Source of the DNA: Callorhinchus milii
Taxonomy: Eukaryota
Assembly: GCF_018977255.1 (NCBI RefSeq)
Contig: NW_024704743.1
Location: 77,812,001 to 77,876,000, forward strand
Direction of reading: 5' to 3'
Length of the DNA stretch: 64,000 bases
Shown: positions 38,000 to 51,385 of the stretch, piece after piece
How positions within the stretch are numbered: position 1 is the stretch's first letter
Layout: each line of letters starts with the position of its first letter
Notes under the pieces: generated by a model
Database searches by the model: none
What the model saw: the letters and a program-made list of their open reading frames with translations, nothing else
What the model was told of the DNA's origin: nothing
Position numbers and translations under genes: made by a program

Positions 38000-38480
38000 T
38001 AACTCTGCTTCCTTCTGTTGCTGGGCTCAGGAACTCTACTGCCGACAATCCTACAGATATGTCTACTTAAGGTAATTCCATCTGCAGGTGTCACATCCTT
38101 CTTGGGGAGAGATAAGCGGGATCTCCTTGGAGCTGAACTGGCTCCAAGGTGACATGCCTGGCAATGGAATATCGGAATCGAGACAGTCCTCTGTGACGGT
38201 CTCCAGTCTGGTTTCTGAGCCAGGTGGGTTTGCAATATCCCAGATCACTGTTGATGACAGCACAGGCTGCTGGCTCATCGGCAGGACCTGATAGGACAGA
38301 CCAGTCACTGGAGGAAGAGAGCCATCCCAATCAGCTCCTGTTAACTCTGCAAGCCAAAGCTCTAAGAGCTAGGGTGGTACCAGCTGGACAAGCAGTGGGA
38401 TAGGTGTCACATATCTATAGGGAATTCTCAGTCTGGTTTGGATACTCTTAAGCATGGCGATAAGTTCCTTCTTACGTGAA
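38000..38480 (-). mobile_element. Decayed I-group (Ingi/Vingi-like) LINE ORF2 remnant
   Basis: Encodes ELTGADW...CAVINSDLGYCKPTWL...LSRFRYSIARHVT across a frameshift; DNA homologous to 11570-11930. Confidence 0.55.
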
Positions 38481-38889
38481 ACATCAAGCTGACACAAGAA
38501 AAATAATCACTCAATCTGAATGAGTTTTTCTCCTGAAAATTTTTTTTTAATTTGAAGGTAGCAGCTCATTCTGGTGTATTGACCCATATTCACTGGCACT
38601 CTAGTACCCTTGTCCAGGTGTCTGGATTAGAAGGCTGTACAGCCATAAGAGTTCTCATTATTGAGTCCCAGCCAATCTCTACCTGATGCTCAAACATGTG
38701 CCTGTTTCCTAAACCCAGAACAATTTGTTTTCCTCACATCTTATTGTGCCAATAGTAATTTCTCTACTGACAAATCTACTGACAAATCTCTGGAACTCCA
38801 TCCTAGAGTTTTTGCCACTCGCTCCCTCCTTACCCTCATTCAAGGAAGGTCTCAAAAATTATCTCTTTGAAGACACTTATAGTTATCTA

Positions 38890-39277
38890 ATCATGTTGTC
38901 GAGACATCTCAACGCACTTCAAAGGGTATACTGTAAAGTGGATTGTGTATTTTGTGGGCGAAATGAAGCAGCCAATTGCACACAGGAATGTCCCACAAAC
39001 AGCCACAGAGTGAGAGACCAATTTTATTTGGGGATTGTTGGCCAGGATACTGGGAGAACCCCCTTCTCTTTTCAAATGGTGTCATGGAATCTTTAACATC
39101 CACCTGAACAGGCAGAAGGGATCTCGGTTTACGTTTCATCTGAAGGGCAACACCTCCAGGATTGCAACACACCCAGCACTGTATTGGAATGTCAGATTAG
39201 ATTATGTGATTCCAAGTACCGACGTGCGGCGTGAACTCGCAATCTTTCGACTCGGAGATCATTAAGCCAGGCTGACA
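38890..39277 (-). mobile_element. SacSINE1-like (Deu-domain) SINE
   Basis: Reverse complement of head, body ('ccatgacaccatttgaaaagagaaggg'), core and tail. Confidence 0.8.
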
Positions 39278-39376
39278 TTAGTATTATCGCATCATTTGCT
39301 GCACTTTTCACTTCATGGTTACAGCAGTAAATAAACATTGTTGAAGTTGTAGAAGCAAATATCACTGAGTCTGACA

Positions 39377-39749
39377 TAATAATAATCCTTGCATTTGATA
39401 TGGTGCCTTATCATATCGAGATATCTCAAAGCGCTTCACAGAATATACTGTAAAGTGAATTGATTGTATAGTTTGTGGGTAAAACGCAGCACCCAATTGC
39501 ACCAGTAGTATCCCACAAACAGTCATGGATTGAGTGACCAAATTATTATTAGTAGTTTTTTTTAAAGGAATTATTACCCCGGAAAAGCAATTTGCCAATC
39601 AATTAGCAATCAGGTTCCTTCTTACTGCTAGGTAAACAGAGGCGTGTGCAGTAAGGAAACTTGCGCAACGCTTCGCCCTAACTGGAATCAAACTCAGGTC
39701 TCTCACTTGTGACGCAAGTGCTCTAACCACTGAGCTACAGGAATCTACA
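39377..39749 (-). mobile_element. Long-variant SINE2-1_CM-like SINE, full length
   Basis: tRNA head 'tcctgtagctcagtggttagagcac', an extra ~60-bp segment at 39577-39639, core and (TTA)n tail. Confidence 0.85.
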
Positions 39750-39889
39750 GGACATTGAGAGTAACAGAAAACTTCCATACTCTATGTCTTGCTGTGACTT
39801 TGGCTGAGCCCATTATAGTTAATTTAGGACAATAACATGATCAGAGCTCATTAAAATTCCTCATTCTGAGCAATTCCACCCTGATAAAT

Positions 39890-40165
39890 TCTCTCTGTTA
39901 AAGTTGAATTTAAGACAGTTGGAATTGAGAGCAGTAAGCTTTGCTTTACTAAGAGGGTCCTGATGATATGTAGCACCCTGTCCCAGGAACATGTAGTGGA
40001 GGAATCAGAGACACAGACTGTTACTTTGGTAGTGGAGGATTAAGGGTATGGAGAAAGGGCAGGGCATTAGGATTAAAAAATCTACCAAAATCTAATACAT
40101 TTATGGAGCAGTTTTGATGGGCTGAATGGCCTCCTTTTAATCCTTTTTTGCTAGGTTCCTATGTT
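39890..40165 (+). mobile_element. Decayed CR1 3' end
   Basis: Tail 'gatgggctgaatggcctcct...ttcctatgtt' and 'ggattaagggtatggagaaagggcaggg'. Confidence 0.65.
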
Positions 40166-40764
40166 TTGATTCCCTCAATATGAACATCAGAATTGACAAA
40201 TATCCCTTAATCTTATTTTTAACCCTAAATATCTCCAATACATCAGTATCTGGTTATCTTGTCTTTACTTCATTCTGTCTAATGCTGGTACCAGCAGCAC
40301 AGGTTTGCTGAAGCACTAAGCAGACATATTTTTCTTTAATTTATCAGTAAATTGACAGTTTTATGAACTGCTTTTTTTTTNACCCTTGTCCTATAAAGAT
40401 GCCAGTGATTTGGAAACAGTTCTAATTAAATCCTGGGGGACATGCAATGTAAGATTATAGCCCTTTGGCAGGTTATTAAAAAAAAACAGTTGTTCTGAAA
40501 TAAACAACAATCTTAGCTCAAACCTAACGCTTGACAGTGCAACCAGAATTATCCCCACTGGCACCTCTGAATGATACCTGCGAACACAAATAAGGCTAAG
40601 TGCATTCTTCCACACCGTTTATATCCCACAGCAGCTTCATTTCAGAGAATTGCTAATTTATTCTGGCAGTTTTACCAAAAAATAGTTAAAATTGTTCTCA
40701 GCTGCTTCCCATTGATGACGGGATCAGAGCACACAATTCAACTGCACAATGCAGAAATGTGTTA

Positions 40765-41095
40765 GTTAAGAAAGCTGTGGGTTCAAGCCCGATGTTGGGA
40801 TCTTGAGCTCCTATTCTGGACTGATACTCCAGTGCAGTGCTGGGGGAGCACTGCTTTGCCACAGGTGCCACCCATTCAGGTGGACATGAAAGATATCATT
40901 AACCAATCAAAAAGAGAATAGGGTTCCTCTCAGTATCCAAGCCAATAAGCCTCTGTTGAAAAAAAGTTACTTACTTCATCGCTGTTTGTGGGACATTGCT
41001 TTCTACAAATTGACTGCTGCGTTCACCTACCAAATATACAGTTACTGCACTTTATAGAAGAAAAAACCTCTCTGAAGTGCTTGGACTTGATAAGG
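40765..41095 (+). mobile_element. SacSINE1-like SINE
   Basis: 'gtgggttcaagccc...actccagtgcagtgctggggg' and core 'gtttgtgggacattgct'. Confidence 0.7.
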
Positions 41096-42839
41096 CATGT
41101 TCACACACACACACATACACTCTCTCCTCAATGTTTAATAGCACCTTAAAGTAAATTATATGAAGCTTTGAGATATTTTAATGTGACGGGGCACAATATC
41201 AAATCCAAAACTTTCAAAAAAATCAATACAGAAATGAAATGAAAGACTGGATGCTGTAAATCAGACAATAATAAGAGAATGCTAGAAGTAGACAGCAAAT
41301 GGTCTGTGTATTTCAATCAGGATCTGAAACAGAAAGATTGGCTTGTGTTTTGGGGTGTCATCCCACATCAGAACCGTCTTTTGTGCTGTCTTTCTCTCTC
41401 ATGATCTGATCAATGTGCTGTGCAATGGCAGCATTTTCTGTTTCTACATGAAAGAGTCTTTCTGTTTCCATGTTTAAATTTAGTACATATTAATTTCATT
41501 AAGTAAAATATCACACATAGAGAAGCAAGCTGGGCATATTCTCAAATAATTACTGTTGTGCACAGCGTGCTGTAAATGAGAGTAGAACATCATAGGGTGC
41601 AGTAATCTATCGGATACTATGTAGGAGGATGTTGTCGCCACAATATATCATATGTCACTTGTGTGAGGGAATAACAGAGGAAATTAAATTTGTACATAGT
41701 GGGATCTGTCTTGCAGTTTAAATTTAGAGATTCTTTAAATATCAAATCTGAATGCTGAATGCTCAGGAAGAATGCGAGCAAAATTATCAGGAGCAAGTGG
41801 GTCGCTTACTGTAACTGCTGTTTATTAATCAAAGGCATCATGTTGTCTCATTTTCAGTGAATAACTAGGAGTTAGCAACAGCATTATATAAGTTGGAATT
41901 AAACAGTTGACAACATTCTGTTTAAATTTCCTGACAGTCAAGAGGTTTTATATTTTATTAATGCATGAAATTCAAAGTGGCAATACAATACCATTAAATT
42001 AATGTGAACTGACTGTAAGCCCATAAAAGTTACCTTGGAGTCTTCAGCTCTCCGTGATGCTACCCCATGTGAAGGGCACTATATAAATGCAAGATGCGGT
42101 CGCTCAAATACATTATCTCTGGAGACAATGGGATGTTTCAAAAAGAGAATCAGATGTAGTCTAATCTGTTTTTGGTTGTTTATTTCAGTGCCCTGTTCCA
42201 CTTCTGGTTGGCTTTTAACAATACCGTAGAGGTATATAAGTTGATTCCAGCATGTATTTTACACTGCTATCAATTCTATCTTACTTTGTGGTCCTGCTTA
42301 TTAGCACAGCTTCCGGCTTCTGATTACGTATAATGATTATTAACTCCTTTATTCGTTTTGGGAGGGGCAAAGATAGAGAAGTTATGCTCATTTTCATTAG
42401 GATTACATTATGCATCTCATCCATCTTACCCTTCCTTGCCTGTCTTCAGATAACACATGAAGACCTTCCTCATCAGCCGTGCCTACGGCCACCTCCTCCC
42501 TCTCCCTGGCTTGGCATCAAGCTCCACCACTGGCCGCTATATGACTGCAAGGTGGTGGTGTTGTTCTTGTTGAATGCATCGGCCTATACATACATGTTTA
42601 GTTGTTATTGTGCTGCACATCTGTGAACGAATAAATAAATGTTTGGAAGCACTTCTGGGTGATGGTGTAAAATTTAAAATAAAATACATTTAGAATCAAC
42701 ATGAGGGTTTTAATTCATTCAAAGATCCGACAGGCTGTCACGCATTAGTCAATTTGTCTTCCTGCCAGTAAAGTATGAATGACAATTCTTTGTGCATTAC
42801 TGATTATGGACTTCTTTGCTTTTGATTAAAAACATGCCA

Positions 42840-43490
42840 GAAGATATGGCTTTGCACAACTGAAAGAAAATTTGTAAACAACTTTGAATCACAGTCCTGA
42901 ACAGGCCATGAACACTGTGAGGCACCAATAAATAAGACAAGCAGGATGCTGGGCTATATTGCTATATCATCTGAGTTCAGAAACCCACAGGTAAAGCGCA
43001 AGCTGTACAGTGCAATAGTCTAGCCATACCTAGAGTATTGCATTCAGTTCTGGTCACCGTGACACAAGGAGGCTGCCCAAGCCCTAGAGGTAATCAAAGC
43101 AGAGCTACTGGCATGATCCCCAGTGTTACCGGAATGAGCTATAAGCAGCTAGAGTTCTTCAATCTTCAAAACAGACATTTCAGAGAGGACCTTCTGGAGG
43201 TGTATAAAATTTCAAATGAAATTGAGAAAGTAAACCCAGAACAATACTTCCAGATACCTAGGTAGCAGAACAAGAGGCCACAGCTTCAGGATGTAAAGGG
43301 CAATTTCAGAACAGACACTAGGAACTATTTCTTTACGCAGAGGATAAACAACATCAATGGTGGTTTACAAGCAAGGTGACTGTTGTCAGGCCCCTCCGAC
43401 TGTTTTAAAAAATAGCTTGTTCATAAAATGGAGGTCTGGAACGATGGAATCAGATGGGTCAATGGGCCTTCTTCATGCAAACCTCTCTTG
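42840..43490 (+). mobile_element. CR1 LINE ORF2 C-terminus and 3' end
   Basis: LYSAIV*PYLEYCIQFWSP, RATGMIP, REDLLEVYKI and RTRGHSF motifs, plus tail 'gatgggtcaatgggccttcttcat'. Confidence 0.88.
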
Positions 43491-44251
43491 GATGTTTTGA
43501 AAAGAGAAAGCCAAAAGCTTACGTGTAGCACCATTCATTGAACAAGGAATCATAAATAATAATAATAGTAACAATAATCCTTGCATTTGATATAGCACCT
43601 TTCACATTGGGAGGACACCTTAAAGCGAATTGTAAGATTTACTGTAAGGCATACTTTGTAATAATAATACTTGCTTTTTTATTGTAGGTGAAAATGAAGC
43701 CAATTTTCACCCAAAAATGTCCTACAAGCAGCCATGAAATGCAAGATTAGTTTTATCTTCAACACCCAGTTTGAGGTGTTGGAACTGAAAACGGTGAAAT
43801 ATTTAAAAAATATCCCTCTATCATCATTTCAATAAGCATAACACACAAAGCAATAGATTGATTTGCAGTGGAGATCTCATACAAGCCATAATTTTGGAAC
43901 ACACTAAACAATTGTCTAGACCTGCAGAGAACAGGCTAGTCTAATCCATCTTCAAAAGAAATTCAGGATTTGGAAAAAAAATGGTTTTGTAGACGTAAAC
44001 TCAAAAACATTGGAAATACAAGCTTCTATATCATCTCTATATTGTTGTCAACTATGAGATCAGAGCTTAATTTTAACAAATCTGAAGCACTTATTTAGAA
44101 TTTACAACAGAGTAGATATATGACAGATGTTCTAATGTTCACAAAATACAAACACAAAATACAAATTGATTAAGATGTAAATAGTTTTATATCATACTCT
44201 ATAAAAGTAGTGAACCTAATATAGACAAGGTGCATCTGAACTATAATTGGT

Positions 44252-44622
44252 ACAACAACAACAAATTGGATTTATATAGCGCCCTCCAAGCCAGACAGCG
44301 TCTCAGAGCGCATCACAGTAACGGATCCCGGGGCCGAGCCAGGGGGAGGGGGAGGAAGGTGACCAAAGGCGCAGTTGAAAAGGAAGGTCTTCAGTCGAGA
44401 CCTGAAAAGAGGAAGAGAGGGGGCGAGGCAAGGGGAGTGAGGAAGGGAGTTCCAGAGCCTCGGGGCGTAGTGGCTGAAGGCACAGCCGCCGATGGTGGAG
44501 CGGAGGATTCGGGGGACAAGGAGGAGGCCAGACCTGATGGAGCGAAGGCTACACGCACTGTTGTGAAGAGAGAGGTCAGAGAGGTAGGGTGTGCAGAGGA
44601 GTGGAGGGATTTGAAGACAAGA
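44252..44622 (-). mobile_element. L2 LINE 3' end
   Basis: Reverse complement encodes TIGGCAFSHYAPRLWNSL; tail 'gcgctctgagacgctgtctggcttggagggcgct' and (TTG)n. Confidence 0.88.
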
Positions 44623-45599
44623 GTGAGTGGTACATCCTCCCGATGTGAAAGGCGCTATACAAATACAATTTGATGTTGTTGTTTACACTTTTATCAATAA
44701 AGAAATAAAATGTCACAAAACATTGCACATATATGCGTGACTTACATAATTGTCACTTATTTTCTGGCTCCTTCAGGTATGACATTATCTATGACAATAA
44801 AGTAGAGGTCATACCTTATTGTTACCCTCAAAGCAGCAAGACTCTCTTTGTGATAGATTTATATAGGCTGCAACTGGTTTTGATAATATTTTCATATGGC
44901 ATTTCTCTACTCCCTATCACTGCTTGATTGTTTTGCCCTTTTATGGGAAGACCTATCCATTATGTTTATCTGATGAACAGTAACAGAAACACATCTGGAA
45001 CCCTGTGAGATGGCATTAACCAGACAGTGGAGGGGGCCAGACCTGCTGATGCTGTGTATTATATAAGCAAAAAAACATTGTGGTGGAAAACAGTGAGCCA
45101 GGCTGGGCAGGAATGTTTGGGAATGCTGGTGAAGTTTTTAGATAATTCTCAAGCAAATTGTGTTTCAAGCAGGAATAACACTGTCATTATCCATGTCCTA
45201 CTTAGTTCTTGTAGGGCAATTTGTATTCCCTAAGGGATCATTGCTACTGTATATAATGTACCTAGAAACACTGACATTTTTGGATAGAGAAGCAAGCCAT
45301 TCATTCCATCACACAAAACATTCTGGCCATAAACACCTGCCACAATCGCAACACAAAACAAATTGGAATTGCCCTTCACCTTTACGATTATAATAATAAA
45401 TAATTATACTCCTTGAATTTGATATAGTACCTCATCACATCAAAATATCTCAAAGCACATTAGAGTTTTCTGTGGTGTAGTCACTTTATATTTATAGTCA
45501 ATTGTTTGCCAGGACAATGGGAGAGATTCCCTTCTCTTTTCAAATAGTGCCAATGAAGCACCCCAACACTGTATTGGAGTGTCAGTCGAAACTGAGTTC

Positions 45600-45960
45600 A
45601 AGAACATTGTGAGTTCAAGCCATATGTTAGGACTTTGAATTCATGGTCTAGGTTAGTTCTACATATGAAGTGGCGGAGGTGCCTTTTTTTCAGAGCGGAT
45701 GCCAAAAACCCCATGGGACTTTTTGAAAAAGAGACAGAGTTTCTCCTGCTACTCTAGTAATTAATCATCCAGATAAAATTAATCATTCACTTTATGGCTG
45801 TTTATGGGACATTGCTATGTACAAATTAGCTGATGCGTTTGTCTACAAAATAGAAAGTCACTGCACTTTACAGTAAATCCTATGACGTGCTTTGAGACCG
45901 CCTGCCGATATGAAAGGGGCTATAACAAATGTAAGGATTATTATTTATTATTAATTATTA
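45600..45960 (+). mobile_element. SacSINE1-like SINE, with an antisense SINE fragment at about 45400-45590
   Basis: 'gtgagttcaagcc', core 'gtttatgggacattgctatgtacaaattagctg' and (TTA)n tail. Confidence 0.65.
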
Positions 45961-47849
45961 TTATTCTATTAAATAGAATGCATTTAATAGAAACCCCCCC
46001 AAAAAATTAACTCTTCCTTCCAGTTCACTGGAACCCAAGGTCCAGGATCACACTGTAAAACGCCCTCTTCCTTTCATGCGAGGTGAAGTAATGCAATGCA
46101 GCATACATGGGCATAATACTCATCTACACTAATCAGATATCAATATTGTATAACTTTGCCTAACCTGTTTGCTTCTCCAATCTACAAGCATTTATAACTA
46201 GCTTCATCTAACCCCTACTTCCTGACTTTTTTATGATTAACTTTGCCCTCTTTCCAACCTTGGCCGTACACCTTACTATGGACCTCAGACCTTCACCAAG
46301 TTCTCCAATAAAACATTTCAAAACTCAGCTTCTAGAAGTGAAAAGGCAGCATACTGATCTATTATACTATTACCCAACTCAGCCCTCAATTGCTGCTAAT
46401 TCTATTCAAGGGAACGGGAAATAACTGCCCACTTTTCCAATAACTGAACAATTAAAGGCCAGCAATCGTTTGCAACAGTTTATGAAAAAGTTCCTCATTT
46501 CCGCCCTCTAAAATGTCACTTGATAATCTCTGTGTTGCAAACGCACAGCCTTGCAACACCAATGGTGTAATGGAGCATAATTCAGTCACAATTTTCTTAA
46601 TCTTTCCTCTTTTACTTTATTTTCTTTTAAATGTCAGTAAATGATTGTTAAATGACAACATTGCAATGGCCTTCAGCTGTAGCCAATTTCACTCAATTAT
46701 CACACCACTTGTGAACAGATTGGAACTGAATTGCCTCTTTGCACACATTCCAATACATCTTTGCACCACACAGAACTGGAGATCGAGCACGCCACTCACT
46801 GAGAAGCCTCTGCACAAGTTTACAACTGTAACATGTATGAACACGATGCATACTTTTTTGTGTTCATAGTCATGCAGCCTGATTTATGCCACAGCTTTGA
46901 ATGTTGGTATTATTTTATAGATTTATAGCTCTGATCTGTATGCTGTTTGAAGAAGGAGTTGTATTGACTTGTTCTCTCCGTTGAGAAAACTGTACCTTTC
47001 TGATGGATATCTCTTTTAAATTACAAATGCATCTTGCACAGGTTAATAGCTCACAGGATAAGACAGGTTTATTGAGTTAAAGTCCAGCAACTTTTGATTC
47101 TTGCCGTTTGATTTTGTTTTCTTGCTTCTTGAGTTCTTTGCAAATCACCTCAAACCTGAATTAGTTTGGGTAGAGGAGGAGCATCTACATTTAGTTATTT
47201 TCTCTGCTTGCTTTAAATTTGTTTTAAAAACTCACTCTATGTTTATAGGAATGTAATATTTTAGGACCAGAATGAAGCCTTTAGACCCAACAAGTCTTTT
47301 TTAAGATTGTCAGTCTACTTAGTCCTCACCATATCACCCAATCCCTTCTCTCTCAAAGAACACCTTTAGTTGTGTTTTGAAGCTTTTTTATACCATTTGA
47401 ACTTATCACTTGCAGAACCCAGCATCAGAGATAGTATGAAGAATGCCAACTAAACTCAACTTTAAAGGCAACATTTGGTCAGTCACTGGATAGTATAATC
47501 TGCTTCAGTGTTTTTTCCTAATAATTTAGTCACAAGAAATTTTCATCCCAGAATCATGTTTTCCTTTCTTCATACATACCTATCATACCATTAGTTTCTT
47601 CTGTTTCAAATGCACCCTTACATATCACTTTCTCCCTGTTTTTGTATCTCTTATATTTACCTTGTTCTTTCCTACAGCCTTGAATCTATTCAACTTTGTG
47701 GTTCAGCGCCTTGTACAGAGCAGAGATTGAGGAAAATTACACTTTCGCTGCACATCAGTTTGTTTTTCGTTGGGAAAACAAAGTATGAGAGAAGACACAA
47801 GAGCAAGGTTTTAGTGTTAGAAGTAATGGAGATGTAACGAGGTTCTCTG

Positions 47850-48170
47850 ACTCTACCTCTTCGACTTGTTTACTCACCACACGCCACTTCCACTCAGTTG
47901 GCTCCAGCCTCCTGATTTTTCATCACCCCCTCTGCTCCACCATTAGCGGCCGTGCTTTCAGCCACTACCCCCAAAACTTTGGAACTCTATCCCTCTATCT
48001 TGCCTCCAGCTTCCCCATTTTCAGATTATACCAGATCATTTAGTCTGTTTGATTATGCTGATGGTCACCTCCCCCACAGCTCGGCGTCAGGCTTCCCCCA
48101 TGGTTTTGCACTCCGAGATTCTACCCTGTGTGAAGGGTGCAAATAAATGCAAGTTGTTGTTATTATTGTT
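47850..48170 (+). mobile_element. Old L2 3' end
   Basis: 'cggccgtgctttcagccactacccccaaaactttggaactct' and (TTG)n tail. Confidence 0.7.
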
Positions 48171-48619
48171 GTTCACTGTGAGTACTGACCTGGGAACATT
48201 AGTTTAATTTTAAGAAACCTGAAGCACTTGTTTTAGATTTCCTACAGAGTAGATATATAGAACCAATTCACAATAAAGGCATTCAATGTTGTGTGGATAA
48301 ATATCTGTCTGCCGAAAAGACTGAGTGTTATAAAGATACATACTGATTGAAATGATTGATGGTTTCTGTGCTGCTGGGACCAAGAAATGCACTGACAAGT
48401 AAGCCATAGTGTTAAGATAAATAGTTTAAGATGTAAGTTTAGATATTCCAGAATTTTTCTCAATTTACCTTTGTGTATTGAAGACACACTTTGCAGAGAC
48501 TTCCCTCAGCAGATGAAATAGGTTGGATAAGGTCTGCAAAAGACTGGATTGATTTAGTGTATGGAAAGAATAGACTTGATAGGATGAATAGCCTTTTCAC
48601 ATTCCAAATCTTCTTTTCT

Positions 48620-49770
48620 GATTAGTTGGTAACAGTCTTGTTTCTAAGTCAGAAAGCTGGGGATTTGAGCCACATGTTAGGATTTTGAACTCACATAGTC
48701 TATTCTGTCACTCCAGTGCAAATGATATGCTGCATTGTTGGAGGTGTCAATATTTAGATGAGAATTTGAACCTGTCTGCCTACCTTTTCTCCCCCACATC
48801 TGCGCCATGACTGGCACGGCCTACCACCACCTCCGCAACATTGCCAGACTCTGCCATTGCCTCACCCCTCAGGCTGCCGAAACCCTCACCCACGCATTTG
48901 TCACCTCAAGGCTTGCTTACGGGAACTCCCTCCTCATCGGCGTTCCCAACTCTTCCCTTCACAAGCTGCAGATCATCCAAAACTCTGCAGCTCGTGTGCT
49001 CTCACGCACCAGGCTCCGTGACCCCATCACTCCCACCCTCGCCCGACTCCACTGGCTCCCCATCCCCCAGAGGATCGAGTTCAAGATTCTCGTCCTCACC
49101 TTTAAGGCCATCTATGGCCTTGCCCCCTCCTACCTCTCTGACCTGCTGACTCACTATCAACCTGCCCGCTTTCTTCCTTCATCAGGCTCCGGCCTGCTCC
49201 ATGTCTTCCGCCCGACCCGCCCTACCATCGGTGGCCGGGCTTTCAACCTCTCTGCCCCCACACTCTGGAACTCCATCCCACGGTCCCTTTGCCTCGCTTC
49301 CTCCCTTGCATCCTTCAAGGCCAGTCTCAAGACCCTTCTCTTCAACCGTGTCTTTAGTCTCCCTCCCACCTCTCTGCCTTCCCTCACTCCTACACCACCC
49401 CTCCCCGATGCTCGGGCCCTGACACCTGACTCTTCAGTGCTTTGGGACATCCTCCCAACGTGAAAGGGGCTCTATAAATAATTTTGTTGTTGTTGTTCAG
49501 GTGGATATTAAAAATCACATGACACTCTTCAAAACGAGAAAGAGTTTCTGCTGGTGTCCTGGCCAACAATCCCCCAGATAAAATTGATCATTCACTTCAT
49601 GGCTCTTTATTCCCATAAAGAGCCATGAAGTGAATGATCAATTTTGCTGTGCACAAATTGAGTGCCAAGTTTGCATACACAGTCACTACAGTAAATCATG
49701 TGAAGTGCTTTGAGACATCCTCCTGGTGTGAAAGATGTTATATTAAATGTAATGATTATTATTATAATTG
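48620..49770 (+). mobile_element. SacSINE1-like SINE split by an L2 insertion (48782-49495)
   Basis: Host sequence 'gtctgcct|gttcaggtgga' rejoins across the L2; core and tail at 49560-49770. Confidence 0.7.
48782..49495 (+). mobile_element. Young 5'-truncated L2 LINE with open ORF2 C-terminus and tail
   Basis: ORF 48807..49463 contains HAFVTSRLAYGNSLL, RLHWLPIPQRIEFKIL and GGRAFNLSAPTLWNSIP; (TTG)n tail. Confidence 0.95.
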
Positions 49771-50084
49771 GGAGTAATTTGCAAGATTTCCAAAAGGATT
49801 TGTGAAAAGCAGATTCTACAGGTGCCCAGATGTTTCTGAGCCTGACTCTCTGGATTTGGACAGCAATCTCCATCAATCTCCTCCTGGGCACAAGAGCCAC
49901 CTGTGGCCATAATTGAACTTCACAGAAATCAGCATGAGATTGGCATCCGAACAGAGTTCCACAGGGTCAGCCTGAGATACATAAAGATATCTGTGCTCAA
50001 CTTTTACACTTTTCACTCCATATCACAATGCTTGAATTAAAGTTTAGATGTAGTTAGAGGCACTTATAATTCACAGACCAGCAA

Positions 50085-50900
50085 ATGTTTGTGACCAGTC
50101 AGCTTTACATGTTACAACTTAATGTGGATAAGATGGAAGCTATCCTTCTTGATCCCACCAATGTCTCCTCTCTTCAAACTCTGATCTCCTTTATCTCCCT
50201 GAGCTGTTTCTCAGATTCTCTGAACTGGTACGTAACTTTGGCATCCGATTCGAACCCCAGTTTTCCTTTCTCTCTCAAATCCAGTTCCTCACTAAAACAG
50301 CCTTCCTTCACCTCTGCCACATTGCCAGCCTCCACCTTTATCTCCAATGCCACCGAAACACGCATTCACACTTTCATCACATTCCTCTTAGAGTTTTCCA
50401 TCAGATTTCTTGCCCGTCTCCTTAGCTGCACCATTCACAAGTTCCAATGCATCCAAAACTCCACGGCCCACATTCGCATCCTCACCCACGCCAAATTGCA
50501 CACTCATCTCTCCAGTCCTCGCCAGTCTCCACTGACTCTCCATCTCCCAGCAGATCAATTTTAAGCTCCTCATCTTCACCTACTAATTCATCCATCCATC
50601 TTAGGTAACTGAGACTTGCACACCCCCTGCCCTCTCCAAACCATCATCAGTGGCTGAGCCTTCTGTTCCCACTCCTCTAACTTCTCGCACTCCCTCCCTC
50701 TACCACTCTGTGTCGGCCCCTCTTTTTCTGTCTTTGAATCGCATCTCAAATATTATCTCTTTGAACTTTTATATGGTCACTTCCCTTTCCCCCTCCCACA
50801 CTCTCCCTTCCTCAGTGTCCAACCCCATCCCTGTAAAATGCTCCCAGATGTTATCCTTCGTGAAAGATGCTGTATAAATGTAAATCATCTTTGTTGTTGT
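50085..50900 (+). mobile_element. Old L2 LINE 3' portion
   Basis: LQLNVDKMEAILL, HTFIT..LE and IQNSTAHI motifs, frameshifted; (TTG)n tail. Confidence 0.8.
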
Positions 50901-51221
50901 TCAGATAGCATGCATTAAAATGTTATCATTGAAATACAATAAGTAATAGAACGACTGAATCGATTAGCTTTTACCAAGTGCATACTGTACAAATTGGAGT
51001 TGCTACTGTGACATATTGCAACTTGTAGAGCTAGTTTGAGTGCATTGTCAGCTTGTAACTGCTGTACAGCAGCTTAGCAACTACCACTAAACCAAGCTCT
51101 TGAAAGTCACGGGAAATTGCTTCAGTAACACGTTTGGAGAGCCCAAACATTCCCTTTGGAAATTTCTGTTGTTTTGCTCTTCAACAATCCCTGGATGACT
51201 CCAACTGCCCAGCACTTTTGA

Positions 51222-51385
51222 TCAACAACAACTTGCACCTATACAAGTGCCCTCCACGCAGGGCAGCATCTCAGAGCGCTTAACAGTGGCGGACCCTGAC
51301 ACCGAGCCAGGGGGAGGGGGGAGGTGGCTGCAAGCACAGTCAAAGAGGAAAGTTTTCAGACAGGACATGAAAGAGGGGAGAGATC
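51222..51385 (-). mobile_element. L2 3' tail fragment
   Basis: Reverse complement of 'ttaagcgctctgagatgctgccctgcgtggagggcact' and (TTG)n. Confidence 0.8.

Noticed and set aside
37999..38490. Overlapping ORFs and an acceptor-like site suggesting a host exon
   Set aside because: In-frame stop, and homology to the LINE relic at 11570-11930.
40381..40381. Single ambiguous base N after a T run
   Set aside because: Assembly uncertainty, not a biological feature.
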